A DNA stretch of 64,000 nt from Calditrichaceae bacterium (GCA_013360445.1 JABWBP010000003.1:2811-66810); one strand, 5' to 3'. Shown: positions 40,086 through 53,026, numbered from the stretch's first letter. Numbers and translations are program-made. Notes: generated by a model not told the origin, from the letters alone.

Positions 40086-41246
40086 TCACCGAATCATGCT
40101 GACCACCTTTTTCGCCCCGTCTTCCAGCGAATTCGCCACCTCGAAGTTCATGCCCGATTCTTTCAGCAGCACCGCCGCTTCTTCCGCATTGGTGCCTTCC
40201 AGGCGGATCACCATCGGCACCTTTATCTCGATGGATTTGGCCGCCTCGATGATCCCTTTGGCCACCCGGTCGCAGCGCACGATCCCGCCGAAGATGTTCA
40301 CCAGCACCGCTTTCACGTGGGGATCGGAGAGCAGGATATGAAAGCCGTTGCGCACCGTATCCACGTTCGCGCCGCCGCCCACGTCCAAAAAGTTCGCCGG
40401 CATTCCCCCGGCTAATTTGATAATATCCATGGTGGCCATGGCCAGCCCGGCCCCGTTTACCATGCAGCCCACGTTGCCGTCCAACTTGATGTAATTCAAG
40501 TCGTGCTTGTGCGCCTCCACTTCTAAGGGGTCTTCTTCGTGGATGTCGCGCATCCCGGCAATGTCTTTGTGGCGGTAGAGGGCGTTGTCGTCGAACCCGA
40601 TTTTGGCGTCTAACGCCAGCACTTCCCCGGCTTTGGTGACCACCAGGGGATTGATTTCCGCCAGGGAAGCGTCGCTATCCGCAAAGGCATTGTAAAGCGC
40701 CAGGATAAACTGGGTGGCGTTTTTGATCTGGTCGCCGCTCAACCCTAATTTGAAAGCCAGCCGCCGCGCCTGGAAGGGCTGCATGCCTACTTCCGGCTCC
40801 ACGTATTCTTTGAAAATCTTTTCCGGGGTTTGCGCGGCCACTTTTTCGATCTCCACCCCGCCCTCGGTAGAGGCCATGACCACCAATTTGGAGACCGAAC
40901 GGTCGAGCACGATGCCCAAATACAATTCCCGGGCGATGTCGATACCCTTTTCGATGAGCACTTTGCGCACTTCTTTGCCTTCCGGGCCGGTCTGGTGGGT
41001 CACTAACTTCATGCCGAGCATTTTTTCTGCCAGCTCGCGCGCTTCCGCGGGGCTTTTGGCGATTTTTACCCCCCCGCCCTTGCCGCGTCCCCCGGCGTGA
41101 ATTTGCGCTTTCACGACAAATACATTACCGCCTAATTCCTTAGCCGCCTGCTCCGCTTCCGCGGCGGAAAAGGCTACCTTTCCGCCGGGCACTGCCACAC
41201 CGTACTTCCGCAGGATCTCTTTTGCCTGGTACTCGTGAATGTTCAT
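40086..41246 (-). CDS. sucC: Succinyl-CoA synthetase beta subunit
   Basis: [32 protein letters not shown] and NIFGGIVRC motifs. Confidence 0.98.
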   Translation of the reverse strand: MNIHEYQAKEILRKYGVAVPGGKVAFSAAEAEQAAKELGGNVFVVKAQIHAGGRGKGGGVKIAKSPAEARELAEKMLGMKLVTHQTGPEGKEVRKVLIEKGIDIARELYLGIVLDRSVSKLVVMASTEGGVEIEKVAAQTPEKIFKEYVEPEVGMQPFQARRLAFKLGLSGDQIKNATQFILALYNAFADSDASLAEINPLVVTKAGEVLALDAKIGFDDNALYRHKDIAGMRDIHEEDPLEVEAHKHDLNYIKLDGNVGCMVNGAGLAMATMDIIKLAGGMPANFLDVGGGANVDTVRNGFHILLSDPHVKAVLVNIFGGIVRCDRVAKGIIEAAKSIEIKVPMVIRLEGTNAEEAAVLLKESGMNFEVANSLEDGAKKVVSMIR

Positions 41247-41411
41247 GTCTTTTTTCTCCTGTCTGATTTTATCTCGGATATTTTATCCGCTTTTTCATCC
41301 GTAACAATTTTCATTACGAAGCAACCACTACTTCGTTCTTCACCGATTCAGCCGCAAAAGAATGGTTTTCCCAGACGATTCCATAGCGTTCACCTTCACA
41401 GTAGATGTGGG

Positions 41412-41639
41412 CTACATATTTTCGATAAATTCTTCCGGTGTGACTTTAACCTGTTTGAGAATTCCGTGAAGGGTACCAATTGCAAGTTCTCTATGGAGAG
41501 GGACAACGCAGCCTACTTCACCATCCGGGGTCTGTTTCTTCAGTATCACATGGCTGCCTTTTTGCTTGAGTTGCTTGAATCCAAAACGCTCCAGGATATT
41601 TATCACCTCTTTGCCAGAGAGACGAGGAAGCTTAGGCAT
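41412..41639 (-). CDS. hicA: HicA-family toxin
   Basis: 75 aa with GF...QKGSH and VVPLH..LAIGTL..IL motifs. Confidence 0.85.
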   Translation of the reverse strand: MPKLPRLSGKEVINILERFGFKQLKQKGSHVILKKQTPDGEVGCVVPLHRELAIGTLHGILKQVKVTPEEFIENM

Positions 41640-41841
41640 AACTCGCCTCGAAAGTAGTCAATAGCGGTCGATTGAGGTCAGGGAGCGGAAATTCTTCCAA
41701 ATATAGCTCTGTCGCTTCTTTTAGATTGCTAATGGCTTCTTCAATCGTATATCCCTGGCTGACCGTGCCGACCTCAGGACATTCCGCTACATATAAATCA
41801 TCTTCTTTGTGGATAATGGCGGTAAATGTTTGGCGCTGCAT
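41632..41841 (-). CDS. hicB: HicB-family antitoxin (short form)
   Basis: YVAECPEVGTVSQGYTIEEAISNLKEA signature. Confidence 0.85.
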   Translation of the reverse strand: MQRQTFTAIIHKEDDLYVAECPEVGTVSQGYTIEEAISNLKEATELYLEEFPLPDLNRPLLTTFEASYA

Positions 41842-42043
41842 GGATGCCTCCACTAATGATCTCATCAGTAAAAGTTCATAAAATTACACCTACTGTTTTC
41901 CCCAAATCAATTTTCATTTCGCCGCCAATATAAAAAATTTTGCTCGCTGAATCCCGCGCAAAAAAATTATTGAACCGCCTCTCCCGATTCCCGGCTGAGC
42001 GCTGAGCGCTGATTGCCGGGGGCTGAGGGCTGAAAGCCGCGCT

Positions 42044-42991
42044 TCAGGCGACAATCACCGTTCCCGCCCGCCCGTGCGCCGCCGCGGCGGATTGTTCGAT
42101 GGAGGCGATCACCACCCGCTTTCCCCCGTTTTCCAGAAAATTAAGCGCCGCCTGGATTTTCGGCCCCATGCTCCCGGCGGGAAACTGCCCTTCGGAAAGG
42201 TATTTCCTGGCCTCCGCCGCGGTCAGGCGATCCAAAAAGGTCTGGTTGGGTTTGCCAAAGTTCAGCGCCACTTTATCTATCCCGGTCAGGATCACCATTT
42301 CATCCGCTCCTACCCCGTTGCCTAACACCGCGGAGGCCAGGTCCTTGTCGATTACCGCGTCCACCCCTTCTAACCAGCCGTTGCTTTCCAGGTACACCGG
42401 AATGCCCCCTCCCCCGGCGGCGATCACGATCACGCCGTTTTCCACTAACAACTGGATGGCTTTCTTCGCCACGATCTCCCGGGGAACCGGGGAGGGAACT
42501 ACCCGCCGCCAGCCTCGCCCGGGGTCTTCCTTGACGATCCAGCCCTGGGTTTGCGCCAGCTCTTCCGCGCGCGGTTTATCGTAAAACGGCCCCACGAATT
42601 TGGTAGGATTCTTCAGCGCCGGATCGTTCCTGTCCACCAGCATTTGGGTAACGATGCAGGCCGCCTCGCGCTTAATGCCGCGATCGTGCATTACGTTCAG
42701 CAAACACTGCTCCAGCATGTAGCCCATTCCGCCCTGGGTATCGCCCACCAGCACCCCCAGGGGCAGGCGGGGCACCACTTTGGCGGAGAGTTCTACCCGG
42801 ATCATCTCGTTGCCGATCTGGGGGCCGTTCCCGTGGGTGATCAGCAAACGGTGTCCCATTTCGACCAATTCCAATACCCCCGCCATACTGCGCCGGGTAT
42901 TGGCGAATTGCTGGTAAATGTTGCCTTCTTCGTCTTGCTGGGTGATGGCGTTGCCGCCCAACGCCACCACGATGGTTTTCTTTTCGTTCAT
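42044..42991 (-). CDS. arcC: Carbamate kinase
   Basis: VALGGNA, THGNGPQ, GGGGIPV, VIDKD and GSMGPK motifs. Confidence 0.96.
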   Translation of the reverse strand: MNEKKTIVVALGGNAITQQDEEGNIYQQFANTRRSMAGVLELVEMGHRLLITHGNGPQIGNEMIRVELSAKVVPRLPLGVLVGDTQGGMGYMLEQCLLNVMHDRGIKREAACIVTQMLVDRNDPALKNPTKFVGPFYDKPRAEELAQTQGWIVKEDPGRGWRRVVPSPVPREIVAKKAIQLLVENGVIVIAAGGGGIPVYLESNGWLEGVDAVIDKDLASAVLGNGVGADEMVILTGIDKVALNFGKPNQTFLDRLTAAEARKYLSEGQFPAGSMGPKIQAALNFLENGGKRVVIASIEQSAAAAHGRAGTVIVA

Positions 42992-43015
42992 AATTGATAC
43001 CGTTTCGGAGCCTAT

Positions 43016-43127
43016 GCGGTGTTTAAGTGTTTTGGTGTTTTGGTGTTCGAGTGTTATAGTACGGTGAGAAGTTATCTATTCACGAAAACACGAAAACACT
43101 GGAGCACTATAACACCAAAACACTGAA
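43016..43127. repeat. Inverted octamer arrays (GTGTTTTG / AAAACAC type)
   Basis: gtgtttaagtgttttggtgttttggtgttcgagtgtt ... cacgaaaacacgaaaacact..aacaccaaaacact. Confidence 0.75.
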
Positions 43128-43142
43128 AAATCTGCTGAAGGA

Positions 43143-44456
43143 TTAGAAAAACTTCTTCAGCGCGTCGCTGAGGTCCGGCTTGCCGATTTCCTGAAGCTCG
43201 TATCTGACCCGCACCGCCGGTTTGTTCAGCTTCACTAATTTGCGCAAATCAATCGGCGTTCCGATGATCACCACGTCGCAATCGGTTTTGTTGATAGTCG
43301 CTTCCAGGTCGCGGATTTGCTTATCCCCGTAGCCCATTGCCGGCAGCAGAGTGCCGATTTCCGGATATTTCCGGAACGTTTCGGTAATGGCGCCCACGGT
43401 AAAGGGGCGCGGATCGATGATCTCCGCCGCGCCGAATTTCTCCGCCGCCACAATGGCCGCGCCGTAGGCCATCTCCCCGTGGGTCAGGGTGGGGCCATCC
43501 TCCACCGCCAGCACCCGCTTGCCTTTGATCAATTGATAATCTTCCACGAAAATCGGGGAGGCGGCTTCGATGACGACCGCGTCGGGGTTCAGGGTATAAA
43601 TCGAGTCGCGCACCGCGTTGATGTCTTCCGGGTAGGCAGTGTCGATTTTATTGATCAGCAGCACGTCGGCCATGCGCAGGTTGGCCTCGCCGGGGTAGTA
43701 GCTCACTTCATCGCCGGGACGGTGGGGGTCCAGCACGGTAATGTGCAAATCCGGCCGGTAGAAAGGCAGGTCGTTATTTCCCCCGTCCCACACGATGACG
43801 TCGGCCTCTTTCTCCGCTTCCCGGAGAATTGCTTCGTAATCCACCCCGGCATAAATGACGTTGCCGCTGACGATGTGCGGTTCGTATTCTTCGCGCTCTT
43901 CGATGGTGCAATCGTGTTTGTCCAGGTCTTCCAGCCGGGCAAAACGCTGCACCCGCTGGGCGACCAGGTTTCCGTAGGGCATGGGATGGCGCACCGCGAC
44001 CACTTTTTTTCCGGCCTCGCGCAGCAATTGCACCACTTTGCGGGTACTCTGGCTTTTGCCGCTGCCGGTGCGCACCGCGCAGACCGCAATGATCGGTTTG
44101 GAAGATTTCAGCATGGTATGGCGCGGCCCCAGCACCTTGAAATCCGCCCCCGCGGCGTTGGCCAGGGCGGAGCGGGACATCACGTAATTGTAGGGAACAT
44201 CGGAGTAGGAAAATACCACTTCATCGACCGTAAATTTTTGAATCAGCCCGGTAAGCTCGCTTTCAGGGTAAATATCAATTCCTTTGGGATAAAGCTTTCC
44301 GGCCAGTTCCGGGGGATATTTCCGCCCGTCAATATTGGGAATCTGGGTAGCGGTGAAGGCTACCACTTCGTACAGCTCGTTATTGCGAAAAAAGGTGTTG
44401 AAATTATGAAAATCGCGCCCGGCGGCGCCCATGATGATCACTTTTGTGCGTGCCAT
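43143..44456 (-). CDS. cDPG-synthetase-like P-loop protein, probable arginine synthetase (ArcE-like)
   Basis: GAAGRDFHNFN, AVRTGSGKS Walker A, RHPMPYG, TIEEREEYE, WDGGNND and EDGPTLTHG motifs; adjacent to arcC. Confidence 0.75.
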   Translation of the reverse strand: MARTKVIIMGAAGRDFHNFNTFFRNNELYEVVAFTATQIPNIDGRKYPPELAGKLYPKGIDIYPESELTGLIQKFTVDEVVFSYSDVPYNYVMSRSALANAAGADFKVLGPRHTMLKSSKPIIAVCAVRTGSGKSQSTRKVVQLLREAGKKVVAVRHPMPYGNLVAQRVQRFARLEDLDKHDCTIEEREEYEPHIVSGNVIYAGVDYEAILREAEKEADVIVWDGGNNDLPFYRPDLHITVLDPHRPGDEVSYYPGEANLRMADVLLINKIDTAYPEDINAVRDSIYTLNPDAVVIEAASPIFVEDYQLIKGKRVLAVEDGPTLTHGEMAYGAAIVAAEKFGAAEIIDPRPFTVGAITETFRKYPEIGTLLPAMGYGDKQIRDLEATINKTDCDVVIIGTPIDLRKLVKLNKPAVRVRYELQEIGKPDLSDALKKFF

Positions 44457-44777
44457 CAGTTTGCTCCTCTGGTATGGATCGTTTCAAATTTAAAAATTAA
44501 GCATCGATGCCGGTGACTACCGGGGATAAACATCCTCAAACTTTGCTTTTCAAAAACGAACGGATGGGTGTCGAACAACGCGGAAAAATCGCAGCAGGCG
44601 TTAACTAAAGCCGTACCATTGCTGGCACGCAATCAAATAGGTCTCCCAGATAATGAGTAATCTATCCATGAGCCTATTTAGCAGTGAATTCCATTAAAAG
44701 CAATCGAAATGTACAAAAAACTGCCCGATTAATGAAAAAATCGTTGCAAATTCGGCAAAAAAAACACTACATTTGCC

Positions 44778-44795
44778 AGTGAATTTTTGTTCACT
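44778..44795. promoter_or_regulatory. Palindromic operator resembling an ARG box
   Basis: AGTGAATTTTTGTTCACT versus WNTGAATWWWWATTCANW (1 mismatch), in the divergent arcE-like/dnaN intergenic region. Confidence 0.3.
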
Positions 44796-44926
44796 GTTTT
44801 AACGCCGGGAATCGTGCGCCAGGTGGTCTGCCGCAGCAGGGGTTTTGATTTATTTTTCTTGTAAAAATTATCATCATTCCCTATTTTCGATAGTTTAAAT
44901 CTTGATTCTATAGCGTGGAGGAAAGT

Positions 44927-46051
44927 ATGAAATTCAGCATCCAGCGAGACGAAATTTACGAGGCGCTGCAAAAAGTGGCCAGCGTTATTCCCCAGCGATC
45001 TACCATTGCCATGACCCAGAATATCAAGTTTAGCGTTGCGGACGGGCAGTTGGAATTGATGACCACGGACCTGGAAATTACCATGGTATCGTTCGTGAAA
45101 CCCCAGGAGGTGACCGAGGAGGGCGCTATCGCTCTGCCGGGGCGGCAAATTCACGATCTGGTGCGGGAATTGCCCAATATTTTGCTGACCTTTGAATCCG
45201 ACGCCAATCATCGCCTGGAAATTCGCTCCGACTTCGGGCAGTATAAAATCGGGGGGGAGAATCCCACGGAATTCCCCCACAAACCGGCCATTACCGAGGT
45301 GCATGAAATCCAGCTTCCCAACCGGATCCTGAAACGGTTGATCGAAAAAACTATTTTCGCTACCTCCACCGACGAACTTCGCCCGGCCCTCACCGGGGTA
45401 TTTTTCGAGCTGGGCGAGAACTCGATACAAACCGTCGCCACCGACGGCCACCGCCTGGCCATGTTAGGATACCGGGATGATTCTCTTCCGATAGAATCCA
45501 TGAACGCGATCATTTCCACCCGGGCTTTGAATTTTGTGCTCCGCAGCGTCGAATTTGAGGGTGTGACCGCCATGGCGCTGGGGAACAAACACGCCCTCTT
45601 CCAGATGGACAGCACCCGGCTCTACGCCCGCTTAATCGAGGAAATGTATGTGGACTACAACCGGGTGATTCCCAATGACATCAATTACGAGCTGACCATC
45701 AACAATGCGGAGTTGCTCGCTTCGGTAAAACGGGTCTCGCTGTTTTCCAATCCCATTACCGCCCAGGTGGTGCTTCACATTACCCCCCAACGCCTGGAAA
45801 TTCACGCCGAAGACATGGATTATGGCGGCGAGGCGAATGAAGCGATCGCTCACCAATCCTTTACCGGCGAGGATTTTACCATCGGGTTCAATTCCCGCTA
45901 CCTGCAAACCGTGCTCCGGCATGTGGATTCCCAACAAGTAGTATTGAAACTGGTGCGCCCGGATTACGCGGTATTGCTTCAGCCCACGGAAATGCCGGAG
46001 AACGAAAAACAGTTGATGTTATTGATGCCCATCCGGCTGGAAGAGGCATAA
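44927..46051 (+). CDS. dnaN: DNA polymerase III beta clamp
   Basis: TTDLE, RPALTGV, VATDGHRL, IGFNSRYL and LLMPIR motifs. Confidence 0.97.
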   Translation: MKFSIQRDEIYEALQKVASVIPQRSTIAMTQNIKFSVADGQLELMTTDLEITMVSFVKPQEVTEEGAIALPGRQIHDLVRELPNILLTFESDANHRLEIRSDFGQYKIGGENPTEFPHKPAITEVHEIQLPNRILKRLIEKTIFATSTDELRPALTGVFFELGENSIQTVATDGHRLAMLGYRDDSLPIESMNAIISTRALNFVLRSVEFEGVTAMALGNKHALFQMDSTRLYARLIEEMYVDYNRVIPNDINYELTINNAELLASVKRVSLFSNPITAQVVLHITPQRLEIHAEDMDYGGEANEAIAHQSFTGEDFTIGFNSRYLQTVLRHVDSQQVVLKLVRPDYAVLLQPTEMPENEKQLMLLMPIRLEEA

Positions 46052-46053
46052 CC

Positions 46054-46117
46054 GGGTTGGAGTGCTTCGGTGTTCAGGAGACCCTATAACACTTGAACAC
46101 CATAACACGAAAACACT
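46054..46117. repeat. Short inverted octamer array between dnaN and recF
   Basis: gagtgcttcggtgttc ... aacacttgaacaccataacacgaaaacact; same family as 43016-43127. Confidence 0.65.
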
Positions 46118-47248
46118 ATGAAATTGCAGCGATTGTCACTGGTCAATTTTCGGAATTATAAAGAGGCTCACATCCAATTTTTTGAAGGCGTGCATGTAAT
46201 TTACGGAGAGAACGGCTCCGGGAAAACCAGCATTTTGGAGGCGATTCACTACTTAGCATTGACCAAGAGCTTTCGCACCACCAACGATAAAAATTTGATT
46301 TTGAATACCGAAAAAATGTTTCGCATCCAGGGAGAATTCAGTTCCGGCCAGGGAACGGCCATTCAATCGGCGATCGGGTACTCCCCGGCAAATGGCAAAT
46401 CCCTGACCGTTAACGGGCAGAAAGCGCAGAAATTTTCCGACTACATCGGGGAAATCCCCCTGGTCTTGCTCCACCCGGCAGATCTGACCCTGTCCCAGGG
46501 CGGCCCGGCGCAGCGCCGGCGCTTCCTGGATATTTTATTGTCGCAATCCAGCGCCCTCTACCTCCACAGCCTGATCCAGTACAATCGCTCCCTGCGCCAG
46601 CGCAACCAACTTTTGAGCGAGGCCCGGGAGGGGAAATGCGATCCCCAGCTGCTGAAATCCTGGGAAGAGAACCTGATCGCCCACGGTACGGAATTGATCC
46701 GCAAACGCCAGGAAGCCACTGCCCGGCTCAGCGAGTCGGTAAAACAGCATTACCGGGGGTTGAGCAATAGCGAAGACAAGGTCAAAATCATTTACCGCTG
46801 CAATGTAGAAACACAAAGCAACCAATCCCTCGCCGAGGCGTATCATCGCCTGTTCGAGCAGAGCCGGGCGAAGGAGGTAGAATACGGCACGACCCTGCCC
46901 GGCCCTCACCGCGATGATCTGCTGTTTTTACTGAGCGGCAAACCGCTGAAAGATTACGCCAGCCAGGGAGAGCATAAAACCTTCATCATCGCCTTGAAGC
47001 TGGCGGAATTCCAGCACTTGCAGCAGCAGCGCCTGCAAGCGCCCATTTTGCTGTTCGACGACATTTTCGGGGAGTTGGACGCCAACCGCATTCAGCAGAT
47101 GTTGCAGCAGCTTGGCCACATCGGGCAGGTGTTCATCACCACCACCTCGAGGAATTTTTTCGACAAAATGGGCCCCGCGAGCATTTCTGACCTCCCGATC
47201 CATTATTACCGGGTGGAGGATGGCGGAGTCGCCGCGACGGAAGCGTGA
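46118..47248 (+). CDS. recF: DNA replication and repair protein RecF
   Basis: NFRNY, GENGSGKTS, RRRFLD, GPHRDD, SQGE and LLFDDIFGELD motifs. Confidence 0.96.
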   Translation: MKLQRLSLVNFRNYKEAHIQFFEGVHVIYGENGSGKTSILEAIHYLALTKSFRTTNDKNLILNTEKMFRIQGEFSSGQGTAIQSAIGYSPANGKSLTVNGQKAQKFSDYIGEIPLVLLHPADLTLSQGGPAQRRRFLDILLSQSSALYLHSLIQYNRSLRQRNQLLSEAREGKCDPQLLKSWEENLIAHGTELIRKRQEATARLSESVKQHYRGLSNSEDKVKIIYRCNVETQSNQSLAEAYHRLFEQSRAKEVEYGTTLPGPHRDDLLFLLSGKPLKDYASQGEHKTFIIALKLAEFQHLQQQRLQAPILLFDDIFGELDANRIQQMLQQLGHIGQVFITTTSRNFFDKMGPASISDLPIHYYRVEDGGVAATEA

Positions 47249-47403
47249 AAGCGGCGTTCGGGAGTGCAAAGCTTCAGCTTTGCCTTAACTTCCCCCAATT
47301 GCTTTACACGAGTAACGCGTTGGGGCATTGGGGTAACGGATTATTGGATTAATGAAGATCGGAGTCGAACCATCCGATAATTGAACCGTCTGGGTGGAGA
47401 TGT

Positions 47404-47694
47404 ATGGCGAAGGGAAGAGAAACCCACATCCGCGAGGCCATCTTAGGCTTTTTCAAAGCCGCGGGGATGCGGGAACGCTTCGATGAGAACCTCGCCATCG
47501 CTTTCTGGGACGTGTGCGTGGGCAAGGAAATCGCCCGGCATACCGATCCCCAAAAAGTAAAGGAGGGAATCATCTTCGTGAAGGTTGACAACGACGTCTG
47601 GCGAAACGAATTGCTGTTTTTCAAACACCAGATCATTCAAAAACTGAATGAAAAGATCGGGAAAAAGGTAATTCAGGAAATTAAATTTTACTAA
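47404..47694 (+). CDS. DUF721 / DciA-like protein
   Basis: W..VG..IA.HT and V.V....W..EL pattern; canonical position between recF and gyrB. Confidence 0.8.
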   Translation: MAKGRETHIREAILGFFKAAGMRERFDENLAIAFWDVCVGKEIARHTDPQKVKEGIIFVKVDNDVWRNELLFFKHQIIQKLNEKIGKKVIQEIKFY

Positions 47695-47701
47695 GGAATG
47701 A

Positions 47702-49645
<1,944 letters not shown>

Positions 49646-49666
49646 AAAAATATGGAGATGATACCG

Positions 49667-50038
49667 ATGGCTGAAAAAAATAATTCTCAGCCCGTTGTTG
49701 TAAGAACCAGCCGGGGATTAACGATTGCCGGTACCAGAATTACACTTTATGCCATTATGGATTACCTGAAGCTGGAATGGCCAGCAAAGCTGATCCGGGA
49801 TCGGCTCAATCTTACCGACGAACAACTTAATGGCGCTTTGGATTATATTGAAGCCCATTTAGAAGAAGTCGAGGCCGAATATCAGCTTGTCCTGAAACAA
49901 GCAGAGGAAATCCGGCAATACTGGGAAGAGCGCAACAAAGAACGGTTTGCCGAAATTGCCGCGTTACCCCCCAGGCCCGGCCAGGAAAAAATCAAGGCAA
50001 AAATTCGCGCTCGTAAAAAAGAATTGAACCTGCCATGA
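49667..50038 (+). CDS. DUF433-family antitoxin
   Basis: IAGTRITLY..LT.EQ..AL.Y signature. Confidence 0.82.
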   Translation: MAEKNNSQPVVVRTSRGLTIAGTRITLYAIMDYLKLEWPAKLIRDRLNLTDEQLNGALDYIEAHLEEVEAEYQLVLKQAEEIRQYWEERNKERFAEIAALPPRPGQEKIKAKIRARKKELNLP

Positions 50039-50429
50039 TCAAGTTCCTGGCGGATCATAATATCGAAGGGCAAGCAGAAATTCTTTGGGGTACGATGGCG
50101 GCGGAAGGATGGGTAGAGTTTTTCTCCCTCAAACTGTTAACTTTCGCCGATACCGGCTTGTCTTATGAAAGTAATGATCGGGAAGTTTGGAGATTCGCTC
50201 AAGCAAATCAAATTATTCTCCTCACCGATAATCGCAACATGGAAGGCGATGATTCCTTGGAGCAAACCATACGCGATGAGAGTGTGCCTTCATCCCTACC
50301 CGTTTTAACGATTGGGAATGTGGGAAGGATAGATGAAAAGATATATCGAATCAGATGTGCTACCCGGATAGAGAAATACTAATCGACATCGAAAATTATT
50401 TAGGAACCGGTCGGATTTATGTGCCATAA
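50035..50429 (+). pseudogene. DUF5615/Mut7-C-like PIN toxin, frameshifted near the 3' end
   Basis: FLADHN, D.EVW.FA and ILLTDN motifs. The ORF stops at 50382, but the expected tail EILIDIENYLGTGRIYVP* lies in another frame ending at 50429. Confidence 0.7.
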
Positions 50430-50486
50430 CATTTTTAAAAATCGACCCCCATTGGAAACAATAAAATAACCGAGGTATATTAAAGA

Positions 50487-52925
50487 ATGGAACTCCAACG
50501 CCAGCGCATTGTCCCCTTAGATATTCAGGAGGAGATGCGCAATTCCTACTTAGATTACTCCATGTCCGTCATCGTGGCGCGGGCGCTGCCGGACGTGCGC
50601 GACGGCCTGAAACCGGTGCACCGCCGGGTGCTCTACGGCATGTCCGAGTTAGGCTTGCTGTTCAACCGCCCCTATAAAAAGAGCGCCCGGGTGGTCGGGG
50701 AAGTGCTCGGTAAATTCCATCCCCACGGCGACACCGCGGTGTACGATACCATGGTGCGGATGGTGCAGGATTTTTCGCTGCGTTACCCGCTCATCGACGG
50801 GCAGGGCAACTTCGGCTCGGTAGATGGCGACTCCCCCGCGGCCATGCGTTACACGGAAGTGCGCCTCTCCCGCATCGCCAATGAGGTGCTCCGCGACCTC
50901 GACAAGGATACCGTGGATTTCCGCCCCAATTTCGACGACACCCTCACCGAACCGGTCATCCTGCCCTCCCTGCTGCCCAATTTGCTCTGCAACGGCGCTT
51001 CCGGGATCGCGGTGGGCATGGCTACCAACATTCCGCCCCACAACCTCCGGGAAGTGGTGGACGCCCTGGTCGCCCAGGTTGACGACCCCGAAATCCCCGT
51101 GGAAACCCTGATGAAGCACATCAAGGGGCCGGATTTTCCCACCGCCGGAATCATTTTCGGCAGCGAAGGAATCAGGGAAGCCTACAAAACCGGGCGGGGC
51201 AAGGTGATCGTACGGGCGCGCGCCAACATCGAGCATACCCGCGGCAGCCGCGACCGCATCATCGTTTCCGAGCTTCCCTACCAGGTCAATAAAGCCTCGT
51301 TGATCGAAAAGATCGCCGAGTTGGTGCGCGGCAAAACCATCGAGGGGATCGCGGACATCAACGATGAATCCGACCGCGACGGGATGCGCGTCGTCATCGA
51401 GCTGAAGCGCGACGCCCAGCCGGAAGTGGTGCTCAACCAGCTTTTCAAGCACACCCAGATGCAGAATACCTTCGGGATTATCAACTTGGCGCTGGTGGAC
51501 GGGCAGCCGAAGATTATGGATCTCAAGGAGATGTTGAAGCACTTCATCGACCACCGCCACGTGGTGGTGCTGCGCCGCACCCGCTTCGAGCTGGACAAGG
51601 CGGAAAGACGCGCCCACATCTTAGAAGGCTACAAAATCGCCCTGGACAACATCGATGAGATCGTGCAGATCATCAAAAAATCCCGCAGCCCGGAAACCGC
51701 GCAGGAAAACCTGATGAAGCGCTTCAAGCTCTCGGAAATCCAGGCCAAGGCGATTTTGGACATGCGCCTGCAACGGCTTACCGGTCTGGAGCGCAAGAAA
51801 ATCGAGGACGAATACCGGGAAGTCATCAAAACCATCGCCCGCTTGAAGGCGATTTTGGAGAGCCGGGCGCTGCAAATGCAGATCATCAAAGAAGAGCTGC
51901 TGCACCTGAAGGAAACCTACGGCGACGACCGCCGCACCGAAATCGTCCGCGATTACGAGGAGTTCTCCATCGAAGATATGATCGCGGAAGAGGATATGGT
52001 GATCACCATTACCCGCGACGGGTACATCAAGCGCTTCCCGGTGAGCGGGTACCGCCGCCAGAACCGCAATACCCGGGGCAGCACCGGCGCGGTGGCCAAG
52101 GGGGAGGATTTCGTGGAGCACCTGTTCATCGCCTCCACCCACAATTACATCCTTTTCTTCACTGACAAAGGGAAGTGCTACTGGCTGAAGGTGCATGAAA
52201 TTCCCCAGGTAGGCAAGGCCGGCAAAGGCCGGGCCGTGGTGAATATGATCGAGTTGGAAAAAGACGAGCAAATTCGCGCGTTTATTAACGTGAAAGAGTT
52301 TTCCGACAAGGAGTACATTACCATGGCCACCCGCGAAGGGGTGATCAAGAAAACCAACTTAGCCGCCTTCGGCAATCCCCGCCGCGACGGGATCATCGCC
52401 ATCAAGATCAATCCCGGCGATACCCTCATCGAAGCCAAACTGACCGACGGCAGTAACGACATCGTGCTGGCCACCTCCGCGGGCATGGCGATCCGCTTCA
52501 GCGAAACCGAGGTGCGGGAAATGGGGCGGGCCGCGGCGGGCGTGCGGGGCATCTCCCTGGGCAAAAATGATGTGGTGGTCGGGATGGTGGTGGTCAAACG
52601 CGACGGAACCCTGCTGGCGGTTTCTGAGTTAGGCTTCGGGAAACGCACCGAAATCAAAGAATACCGCATCACCCACCGGGGCGGCAAGGGGATCAAAACC
52701 TTTAAGGCCAGCGACAAAACCGGGCGGCTGATTTCCCTCATGGAAGTGGTTGACGACGACGATTTGATGCTGATTACCAACAGCGCCATCATTCTGCGCA
52801 TCCACGTGGGCAACATCAAATCCACCGGGCGGGACACCATGGGCGTGCGGTTGATCAAATTGGACAGCGGCGCCCGCGTCAGCGACGTGGCCCGGGTGGC
52901 TTTTACCGATGAAGAGGAAGAGTAA
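50487..52925 (+). CDS. gyrA: DNA gyrase subunit A
   Basis: [21 protein letters not shown] catalytic Tyr; C-terminal pinwheel repeats; degenerate GyrA box QNRNTRG. Confidence 0.97.
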   Translation: MELQRQRIVPLDIQEEMRNSYLDYSMSVIVARALPDVRDGLKPVHRRVLYGMSELGLLFNRPYKKSARVVGEVLGKFHPHGDTAVYDTMVRMVQDFSLRYPLIDGQGNFGSVDGDSPAAMRYTEVRLSRIANEVLRDLDKDTVDFRPNFDDTLTEPVILPSLLPNLLCNGASGIAVGMATNIPPHNLREVVDALVAQVDDPEIPVETLMKHIKGPDFPTAGIIFGSEGIREAYKTGRGKVIVRARANIEHTRGSRDRIIVSELPYQVNKASLIEKIAELVRGKTIEGIADINDESDRDGMRVVIELKRDAQPEVVLNQLFKHTQMQNTFGIINLALVDGQPKIMDLKEMLKHFIDHRHVVVLRRTRFELDKAERRAHILEGYKIALDNIDEIVQIIKKSRSPETAQENLMKRFKLSEIQAKAILDMRLQRLTGLERKKIEDEYREVIKTIARLKAILESRALQMQIIKEELLHLKETYGDDRRTEIVRDYEEFSIEDMIAEEDMVITITRDGYIKRFPVSGYRRQNRNTRGSTGAVAKGEDFVEHLFIASTHNYILFFTDKGKCYWLKVHEIPQVGKAGKGRAVVNMIELEKDEQIRAFINVKEFSDKEYITMATREGVIKKTNLAAFGNPRRDGIIAIKINPGDTLIEAKLTDGSNDIVLATSAGMAIRFSETEVREMGRAAAGVRGISLGKNDVVVGMVVVKRDGTLLAVSELGFGKRTEIKEYRITHRGGKGIKTFKASDKTGRLISLMEVVDDDDLMLITNSAIILRIHVGNIKSTGRDTMGVRLIKLDSGARVSDVARVAFTDEEEE

Positions 52926-52942
52926 TTGGGTAAAGGTGAAGT

Positions 52943-52999
52943 TTTACGGAATACGCAATACGGAATAGGGAATGCGTAAAGCGTATTCCGTATTGCGTA
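52943..52999. repeat. Inverted heptamer arrays (AATACG type)
   Basis: tacggaatacgcaatacggaata ... gcgtattccgtattgcgta. Confidence 0.7.
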
Positions 53000-53026
53000 G
53001 TGAACGATCAAAATCGAGAAAAAACC

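Noticed and set aside
41255-41405. Possible relic of another TA pair (minus strand reads MKIVTDEKAD..., DUF2283-like)
   Set aside because: Too short and degenerate to support without a search.
43317-44516. 399-aa + strand ORF opposite the ArcE-like gene
   Set aside because: Antisense shadow; the minus-strand protein carries the conserved family motifs.
44777-44796. Rex operator
   Set aside because: The GTGAA/TTCAC arms are 6 bp apart rather than the 4 bp of the Rex consensus.
44457-44926. oriC
   Set aside because: Strand divergence and the position beside dnaN are suggestive, but no clear DnaA-box cluster was found by eye.
47259-47284. GCAAAGCTTCAGCTTTGC hairpin after recF as a terminator
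   Set aside because: No clear U-tract and it lies inside a probable operon; more likely a lone REP-like relic, not supported further.
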